Source: an uncultured Erysipelotrichaceae bacterium
Lineage (GTDB): Bacteria > Bacillota_I > Bacilli_A > Erysipelotrichales > Erysipelotrichaceae
NCBI GenBank assembly: GCA_942492995.1
Contig: OW818653.1
Coordinates: 1,110,001 to 1,142,000 of the forward strand
Direction: 5' to 3'
DNA: 32,000 nucleotides
The translations under genes were made by a program, and so were the position numbers. This document shows positions 25,926-32,000 of this stretch, piece by piece (position 1 is the first letter of the stretch; each line of letters starts with the position of its first letter). The notes below the pieces were generated by a model, which worked only from the letters and a program-made list of their open reading frames with translations, was not told where the DNA came from and did not search any database.

Positions 25926-27773
25926 ATGGAATTTACACGACATAAACTAATCTCAATCACATTATTTTCAATAATGTATCTTTTCTATTCAAGCCTCTTC
26001 TTTAGTTTAAGCAAATATACAATATTACTAAATACAGTACTATTTTTAATTGTAATTATTCCTGCAGTTGCGCTTAAAGAGAAACTATCAACGATTTGGT
26101 TAAGTACATTCCTTGTATTCTTATCCATTCTTTTCTCTGTACAATCTGTATATTATCGAGCGTTTAATCAATTTGGATTAATAAGTACTTTAGTTAGTAT
26201 GAAGAATGATATAGGGTTCTATTCGGATAGTGTTATTGAGTTCATTCAATTGAAAGATATTATATTATTACTTCTTCCATTAGTATTTATACTAGTTACT
26301 CATTATGCAAAAAAGAAAATAAAAAATATTCACTATAAGAATATTATTCGTAAAACACTTATCTATTTAGCTGGAACAACATTAGTCTTAACAAGCTTAT
26401 TCTTCGGATTACTTAACCAATCAAAGAATGAATATGATATATTCAGTTATTTTAAGACAGATCACTTTATATTTCTAACGATACCGAATACAAATCAATT
26501 TACGAATCGATTTGGTTTAGTTGGATTATTCTTTCGCGATGTTTCAAATACATATTTAGGATCGATGAATATAAGTAACAAGAAAGTCGCAAATGATATT
26601 GATCAAATACTATCGACAAATACTGAAATAGAGTTAAATTCTTACTCAGGGATCTATGAAGGTAAAAATTTATTATTAATCGAAGCAGAATCACTCAATA
26701 ACTTAGCGATTGACCCTGTTTTAACGCCAACACTTTATCGTTTGAAAACGAATGGTATCAATGTAGAAGGATACAATTCACCATTATTATTTGGTTCAAC
26801 AAGTGATTCAGAGTTTATGGCTAATACAAGTTTATATCCATCAAATAATGGATATATCACATACCATCGTTATGCGTCTAATTTATATCCAAGTACCTTA
26901 GCAAAACAATTTCAATTATCCGATTACATTACTACTGCCTTTCATAATAGTGCTGGCGATTTCTATAATCGTACGAACATGTTAAAACAACTGGGCTATG
27001 ATTTTATGGATAGTAATATCCTTGGACTTGGTGCAGGTGAATTGGATAGTAGAACATTGAATGTCGCAAAATGGATATTCTTTGAACAAGAAAAATACTT
27101 ATCATTTTGGATTACATATAGTGGTCATCAACCCTATACCGTAGAGAGTCTAGATCCAACACTTGTTCAATACTACAATCAAGTCGTTAGTCTATATCCA
27201 AATCTCCCATCTGCAGAACAAGTTTATTTAGCTAAAATCATGGACTTTGACCGAAGCTTAGAGTATCTGATTTATGATTTTGAACATAACAATAAACTCA
27301 ATGATTTAGTAATTATTATCTACGGAGATCATCATCCAAAAGAAATATTCTCAGAGAAGACAGAGTTCTATGATATCTGTGAGTCAAAGGGATATAACAC
27401 TACAAATTGTTTTGAGACACCATTCATTATCTGGGACAATACGAACATTTCAGAGACCATACAAAAAGTATCTAATCCATTAGATATTGCCCCAACGATT
27501 TATGATTTATTTAACTTAGATTATGATAAATCGACGATTGTCGGAAGAAGTGTCTTCGATCAATCCTATGAAGGTTATTATTTTGATGAATATGGCACAA
27601 TCAAAACTGATAATTTCGCTTATAACTCGATTGATCATTCAATTATTAGTTTCAATGAAACGAGTGATGATTCTAATCTTATTACAGCACAAGCTTTGTA
27701 TCAGAAGATGCAAATCCTTCGTAAATTAGTTGATATTAATTACTTCAAAGAATTAGAATCTGAAATAGAATAA
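25926..27773 (+). CDS. LtaS-family (sulfatase-fold) polyglycerolphosphate synthase / glycerol-phosphate transferase
   Basis: Five N-terminal TM helices. The extracellular domain shows LLLIEAESLNN, FGSTSDSEFMANTSLYP (the nucleophile-Thr motif, compare GKTSDAEF of S. aureus LtaS), TTAFHNS and ITYSGHQPY. Confidence 0.8.
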   Translation: MEFTRHKLISITLFSIMYLFYSSLFFSLSKYTILLNTVLFLIVIIPAVALKEKLSTIWLSTFLVFLSILFSVQSVYYRAFNQFGLISTLVSMKNDIGFYSDSVIEFIQLKDIILLLLPLVFILVTHYAKKKIKNIHYKNIIRKTLIYLAGTTLVLTSLFFGLLNQSKNEYDIFSYFKTDHFIFLTIPNTNQFTNRFGLVGLFFRDVSNTYLGSMNISNKKVANDIDQILSTNTEIELNSYSGIYEGKNLLLIEAESLNNLAIDPVLTPTLYRLKTNGINVEGYNSPLLFGSTSDSEFMANTSLYPSNNGYITYHRYASNLYPSTLAKQFQLSDYITTAFHNSAGDFYNRTNMLKQLGYDFMDSNILGLGAGELDSRTLNVAKWIFFEQEKYLSFWITYSGHQPYTVESLDPTLVQYYNQVVSLYPNLPSAEQVYLAKIMDFDRSLEYLIYDFEHNNKLNDLVIIIYGDHHPKEIFSEKTEFYDICESKGYNTTNCFETPFIIWDNTNISETIQKVSNPLDIAPTIYDLFNLDYDKSTIVGRSVFDQSYEGYYFDEYGTIKTDNFAYNSIDHSIISFNETSDDSNLITAQALYQKMQILRKLVDINYFKELESEIE

Positions 27774-28489
27774 CGTTTAAATACTGAATAATTGTCTGAT
27801 GAGCTATCTGAATCAAATGAATATCCATCGAGATTAAATAATTTAATCTCATCTACAGAATGTACATTATGTTTAATACAATAATACGCCATTAATCCGC
27901 GCATCTTCTTCGCATTGTAGCTAATAATCTTGTCTTGTCCATCCACATTATCGATAAATTCGATACGATGGACTTTTTCTTTTAATGGCTTTAAGAAATG
28001 ACTAAACTCTTGAGATGCACAATCAAGAATGAAATCTTCCTTTTTAAAATAGGTATGCATTTTGTTTTTCCAATACGAATTTAAATTAATCGTATTTAAT
28101 TTCATCGTGAAATCCAAGCGATACGACTGAACACCATCAAATGGTTTTAAAACTCCATACATCGCGCTTATAATTCTTACATGCTCATTTAAATAAATAA
28201 TTTCAGTCTCATTAAAATTATCAAGATTAAAACAATCATATACAACACCTTTGTATAATCGAATGGCAGGAATTAATTCTTTTCGATTAACTTTAAACTG
28301 CTTATATAAATAATATGTTTCATCAAGGAGTTTATCTTTTATATGCATTACTTTCGATAAATCATCCTTTTTATAACTCTTTATTTCTTTCACGATTTGT
28401 TTAGAAAAAGTATAATACTTCGGATGTTCTAAATCATCTTGCACTTCAATATTGGATTGAGTTTTACTGGGTGATAATATTATTTTCAT
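27740..28489 (-). CDS. yaaA: YaaA-family peroxide stress protein (UPF0246/DUF328)
   Basis: The N-terminus MKIILSPSKTQ is diagnostic, followed by ...PAIRLYKGVVYDCF...YNAKKMRGLMAYY. The 3' end overlaps the LtaS-family gene by 34 nt. Confidence 0.85.
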   Translation of the reverse strand: MKIILSPSKTQSNIEVQDDLEHPKYYTFSKQIVKEIKSYKKDDLSKVMHIKDKLLDETYYLYKQFKVNRKELIPAIRLYKGVVYDCFNLDNFNETEIIYLNEHVRIISAMYGVLKPFDGVQSYRLDFTMKLNTINLNSYWKNKMHTYFKKEDFILDCASQEFSHFLKPLKEKVHRIEFIDNVDGQDKIISYNAKKMRGLMAYYCIKHNVHSVDEIKLFNLDGYSFDSDSSSDNYSVFKRYSISDSNSLK

Positions 28490-28534
28490 ATTTTACCTAT
28501 TTTGGATATTTTAACATATTAATTTTATCGTGGT

Positions 28535-28552
28535 CATTTCAAACATTTCAAA
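28535..28552 (+). repeat. Perfect tandem 9-mer (catttcaaa x2) in the yaaA / small-membrane-protein intergenic region
   Basis: Read directly: catttcaaa at 28535-28543 and again at 28544-28552, 26 nt upstream of the ATG at 28578. Confidence 0.6.
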
Positions 28553-28577
28553 CTTAATTTCATGTAATAATAATTCT

Positions 28578-28934
28578 ATGTTAAAACCTAATAAACTTTC
28601 TAAAATCATCTACAGTATTGCGGGATTATTTCTAATCTACTCGAGTTATAACTACATTATAATTCGTGATTATTGGCAATTATTTATTAATTTTGAATTC
28701 TTACTTATGTTAATTTATATGAATTTCTATTATAGAAAGAAACCACTTATGTTAACTAATGTATCATTATTGTTTCTTTTAATGCATTTTATTGGATATG
28801 GAATTCATGGAATCATTATACAAATGTATTGGCAAACAATGATTTCGATAGTATATATCATTGGATATACACTTTATAGTACGTTATATAAACGAAATAA
28901 ATATCCGATTTATTTCAACCCAAAGATCAAATGA
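28578..28934 (+). CDS. Small hydrophobic protein, about four TM helices, unknown function
   Basis: The track ORF begins at a GTG at 28530. The ATG at 28578 (MLKPNKLSKIIYSIAGLFLIY) is an alternative start. No recognisable motif, and coding status rests only on ORF length and hydrophobic periodicity. Confidence 0.45.
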   Translation: MLKPNKLSKIIYSIAGLFLIYSSYNYIIIRDYWQLFINFEFLLMLIYMNFYYRKKPLMLTNVSLLFLLMHFIGYGIHGIIIQMYWQTMISIVYIIGYTLYSTLYKRNKYPIYFNPKIK

Positions 28935-28943
28935 TCTTTTTTT
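28922..28943 (+). terminator. Weak hairpin plus T-run overlapping the stop codon
   Basis: aaagatc (28922-28928) pairs with gatcttt (28933-28939) around the loop aaat, followed by a T-run to 28943. Confidence 0.35.
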
Positions 28944-29074
28944 ACGAACCAATTTGAGCATAGTGTTTGAAACTATGTTATATATTAACTAAAGTATATG
29001 TACATCATATGAACTTCAGGTCAAAGTTGAAGCGTTTAACATTGATGATAATGGATCTATCTGAAAGGAGCTTT

Positions 29075-30760
29075 ATGAAAGAATCTATTACCATTGTTTT
29101 ATCGGGTGAAGCTGGACAAGGATTACAAACTGTAGAAGAATTTTTGGTTGAATCACTCACCCATGAAACATACGTTTTCTCATCTAAGGAAGTTATGAGT
29201 CGAGTACGGGGAGGAAATAACTCTGTCGAAATTCGTATCTCTAATCATCCAATTGAGGCATTACGTTATACCATAGACTATTTATTTTTATTCAACGATC
29301 ATTCATTAGAACGACTTATTCCACGATTACACTCAAAAACACAGATTATTGGGGAGAATGGATTTTTAAGCGAAGATCAAAAAAAGAAATACGCATTTAC
29401 AGAAATTAATTTTATGGAATTAGCGAAACAAGCTGGTAATCGTTTGTATTTTAATGTCGCAATGTTTGGATACATTTCTGGTTTATTAAATGGTTCTAAA
29501 CAATTTGCACATCAGACAATTTCTAAACGTTTTATTCGTAAAGGTGAAGATGTTGTACTAGGAAATACAACCGCATTTGACTTAGGTTATGAATTAGCTC
29601 AGAGTTCTAAGATTAAAATGGATTTCAAACCAAATACAGAGTTTACACCTTTAAAAGTGTTAACTGGAAATGATGTATTAAGTATTGGGGCACTTGCGGG
29701 TGGTGTCAATTATCTTGCGGCATATCCAATGTCTCCTGGCACAACGTTAATGCAGCTTCTAGAGGCTAAAACACATGAGTTTGATGTATTAGTCGAACAA
29801 GCAGAAGATGAGATAGCAGCCCTTAATATGGTTATAGGCGCATGGTATGCTGGCGCACGTGCAATGACGACAACCTCTGGTGGTGGATTTGCACTAATGA
29901 GTGAAGCTGTAAGTTTAGCAGGTATCACAGAATCACCTGCTGTTATCCATGTTGCACAACGTCCTGGTCCAGCGACTGGTTTACCAACCCGTACTGAACA
30001 AGCTGACTTAAATCTTGTGCTTTATGCAGGACATGGTGAATTCCCACGTGTCATCTACGCTCCAGGAAGATTAGCATCTGGCGTAGAACTTATGGCACGC
30101 TCATTCGCAATAGCGGATGAATATCAAATACCAGTATTTATGTTAAGTGATCAATATTGGTTAGAATCACTTGCTCAAACTAAACCAATCACAATCCCAA
30201 CAACGTATTCAGAAAATAAAGTCGTAAAGACAAAACGTGATTATAAGCGATATGCACTTGATGAAAGTGGATTATCACCTAGAGGAATACCTGGATATGG
30301 TGATGGTTTTGTAAAAGTAGACAGTGATGAACATGATGAAGAAGGTCTATTAACTGAATCATTTGATATGCGTGTAAAAATGCATGAAAAGAGACTTAAT
30401 AAGTTTAATTTAATGAAATCCGATATTTTAGAACCGATCATAGAAGGTTCAAAAACTAAAGAGACTTTAATTATTGGTTGGGGTTCTACATACGGTGTTA
30501 TATCTGAAATCGTATCTGAAAATCCTAATTTAACCCATGTTCATTTTGAACAAGTCTATCCATTACCAGAATCTGTAGAAGAATTATTAAACAATGCGAA
30601 GAAGATTGTGATTATCGAGAATAACGCAACCGGACAATTCGCAAATCTACTTCAGATGACATATGGTATAAAACTCAAAGATCGTATATTGAAATACAAT
30701 GGAGAACCATACCATGTGGATGAACTTGAACTCAAACTAAAGGAGAAACTACATGACTAA
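29075..30760 (+). CDS. 2-oxoacid:ferredoxin (acceptor) oxidoreductase, alpha subunit (fused gamma-alpha type)
   Basis: The track ORF starts at 28967. The ATG at 29075 (MKESITIVLSGEAGQGLQTVEEF) follows AAAGGAG. It shows YLAAYPMSPGT, TTTSGGGFALMSEAVSLAG and VAQRPGPATGLPTRTEQADL. Substrate specificity (2-oxoglutarate versus others) cannot be read from the sequence. Confidence 0.85.
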   Translation: MKESITIVLSGEAGQGLQTVEEFLVESLTHETYVFSSKEVMSRVRGGNNSVEIRISNHPIEALRYTIDYLFLFNDHSLERLIPRLHSKTQIIGENGFLSEDQKKKYAFTEINFMELAKQAGNRLYFNVAMFGYISGLLNGSKQFAHQTISKRFIRKGEDVVLGNTTAFDLGYELAQSSKIKMDFKPNTEFTPLKVLTGNDVLSIGALAGGVNYLAAYPMSPGTTLMQLLEAKTHEFDVLVEQAEDEIAALNMVIGAWYAGARAMTTTSGGGFALMSEAVSLAGITESPAVIHVAQRPGPATGLPTRTEQADLNLVLYAGHGEFPRVIYAPGRLASGVELMARSFAIADEYQIPVFMLSDQYWLESLAQTKPITIPTTYSENKVVKTKRDYKRYALDESGLSPRGIPGYGDGFVKVDSDEHDEEGLLTESFDMRVKMHEKRLNKFNLMKSDILEPIIEGSKTKETLIIGWGSTYGVISEIVSENPNLTHVHFEQVYPLPESVEELLNNAKKIVIIENNATGQFANLLQMTYGIKLKDRILKYNGEPYHVDELELKLKEKLHD

Positions 30761-31601
30761 CTTTAACTTTAATTTTGATATCGATATGGCATGGTGCCCA
30801 GGCTGTGGTAACTTCCCTATTCGCGAAATGATCATAGAAGCACTTAATGAATTGAACTTAGATCCTACACAAGTTGTATTCTCATCTGGTATTGGCCAAG
30901 CCGCTAAAATGCCTCAATACATTGATTCCAACTACTTTAATGGACTACATGGACGTGGATTATCTGTCGCAAGCGCAATCGCAGCTGTAAACCCAGAATT
31001 AACGGTAATTGCGGAAGGTGGGGATGGCGATATGTATGGTGAAGGTGGTAATCACTTTATTCATAATATACGTAGAAATCCTAATTTATTGCATATCGTA
31101 CATGACAATATGGTCTATGGTTTGACAAAAGGACAAGCTGCCCCAACATCTCCAATAGGGCTTGTTACTCCAACACAAATTGATGGTGTATACAACGAAC
31201 CAATTAATCCTATGGCATTAGCTCTATCACTTGGTGCTACATTTGTCGCAAGAGGATTCAGTGGTGATAAACAAAAAACTAAAGAATTAATTAAACAAGC
31301 GATTCTACATAAAGGATATGCAATATTAGATATCTTCCACCCATGTGTTACCTATAACAAGATTAATACATTCGCTTGGTTCAAACGTAATACGTATTGG
31401 TTGGATGAAACACATGATAAATCAAACATTGATGATGCGTTCAAATTAGCATTAAACACAGAAAAATTAGCGTGTGGTATTCTTTATCAAACAAATACAC
31501 AATTGGATTACCATAGTCGTAACCCTTTCTATCAAGGTAATCTAACCCCATTGTATAAACGTAAAAGAGACTTAAAGAAAGTCCAGCAATTACTCGATTA
31601 A
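30753..31601 (+). CDS. 2-oxoacid:ferredoxin oxidoreductase, beta (ThDP-binding) subunit
   Basis: WCPGCGNFPI, and GGDGDMYGEGGNHFIHNIRRNPN as the ThDP motif. Overlaps the alpha-subunit gene by 8 nt. Confidence 0.85.
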   Translation: MTNFNFNFDIDMAWCPGCGNFPIREMIIEALNELNLDPTQVVFSSGIGQAAKMPQYIDSNYFNGLHGRGLSVASAIAAVNPELTVIAEGGDGDMYGEGGNHFIHNIRRNPNLLHIVHDNMVYGLTKGQAAPTSPIGLVTPTQIDGVYNEPINPMALALSLGATFVARGFSGDKQKTKELIKQAILHKGYAILDIFHPCVTYNKINTFAWFKRNTYWLDETHDKSNIDDAFKLALNTEKLACGILYQTNTQLDYHSRNPFYQGNLTPLYKRKRDLKKVQQLLD

Positions 31602-31605
31602 TAAG

Positions 31606-31634
31606 AAAGCTGATTCAATGAATCAGCTTTTATT
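31606..31634. terminator. Bidirectional rho-independent terminator
   Basis: An 11-bp stem: aaagctgattc (31606-31616) pairs with gaatcagcttt (31620-31630) around the loop aat. T-rich on the plus side and A-rich upstream, so it can serve both convergent genes. Confidence 0.7.
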
Positions 31635-32000
31635 CTGTTATAGGTTGTTCTTCATCTCCAGATTTATACAATACAATTTTACCAGAATCATGTAAACCTT
31701 TTAATATGGCAAGCGTGATAGGGAACGATAATAAACCCGCAACCCCAAATAGATTTGTCCCAATAAACATCGCGAACAATGTGACGATTGGATGTAAACC
31801 AACTTGATCTCCAACTACTTTAGGTTCTATCACATTACGTATGACTGTCACAACAATGTAGAGTATAAACAATCCAATCCCTAAACCAGTATTCCCTTCC
31901 ATAAAGTTAATAATAACCCATGGAATCATAATACCACCTGTACCCATAATCGGTAACACATCAAATATCGCAATCAAGAACGCTATGATAATCGCTTTAT
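31630..32000 (-). CDS. AI-2E family transporter / YtvI-like membrane protein; partial, N-terminus lies beyond the right edge
   Basis: The track shows the C-terminal 115 aa from an internal Met. The frame stays open upstream to position 32000 (...KAIIIAFLIAIFDVLPIMGTGGIMIPW...). The pattern D-x-LP-x-x-G-x-G...P...NxxxPK is the AI-2E_transport signature. Confidence 0.75.
   Translation of the reverse strand, partial: KAIIIAFLIAIFDVLPIMGTGGIMIPWVIINFMEGNTGLGIGLFILYIVVTVIRNVIEPKVVGDQVGLHPIVTLFAMFIGTNLFGVAGLLSFPITLAILKGLHDSGKIVLYKSGDEEQPITE

Noticed and set aside
29075-31601. The 2-oxoacid:ferredoxin oxidoreductase genes as part of the novel glycan pathway
   Set aside because: They are separated from the locus by several unrelated genes and terminators, have higher GC, and show the typical conserved two-subunit housekeeping arrangement of anaerobic or facultative Bacillota.
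1-32000. CRISPR arrays, tRNA/rRNA genes, riboswitches, IS elements, prophage or known anti-phage defence operons
   Set aside because: I saw no spaced direct repeats, no cloverleaf-like or rRNA-like GC-rich segments, and no transposase, integrase, nuclease-helicase or toxin-antitoxin-type ORFs. Intergenic regions are short (mostly under 200 bp) and are accounted for by promoters and terminators. Small RNAs cannot be excluded by eye.

Overview
This is an AT-rich chromosomal segment of a Bacillota-type, wall-bearing, low-GC Gram-positive organism. It uses the standard genetic code: TGA, TAA and TAG all act as stops. All family calls rest on motif recognition by eye, because no database search was possible. 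Most of the window (about 1-23230) is a cell-envelope glycopolymer locus. It holds a YfhO-family GT-C enzyme that is truncated at the left edge and missing from the ORF track, and a long Cps2A-like LCP ligase with an unknown membrane-anchored partner. It also holds a Wzy/O-antigen-ligase-like protein, three cytoplasmic GT2 transferases, a GtrB/CsbB-type polyprenol-phosphate sugar synthase paired with a GT-C protein, a Wzx flippase and a GT39/ArnT-like GT-C protein. The most unusual part is a tightly packed sugar-tailoring cassette at 14800-23230. It combines a DegT aminotransferase, a GT2, a BKACE/DUF849 enzyme, a free ATP-grasp ligase on the opposite strand, a NeuD/PglD-type acyltransferase, an ATP-grasp::SDR fusion and an acetolactate-synthase-like ThDP enzyme. 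I know of no described nucleotide-sugar pathway with this combination, so it is the best candidate for an undescribed system. To the right lie more ordinary genes. These are an Lrp/AsnC regulator plus class-I aminotransferase (alaR/alaT-like), run together with a GDPD-like phosphodiesterase and an LtaS-family enzyme. They are followed by yaaA, a small membrane protein, a two-subunit 2-oxoacid:ferredoxin oxidoreductase, and the 3' part of an AI-2E/YtvI-type transporter gene that runs off the right edge. I found no rRNA, tRNA, CRISPR array, transposase, integrase or recognisable phage-defence genes.
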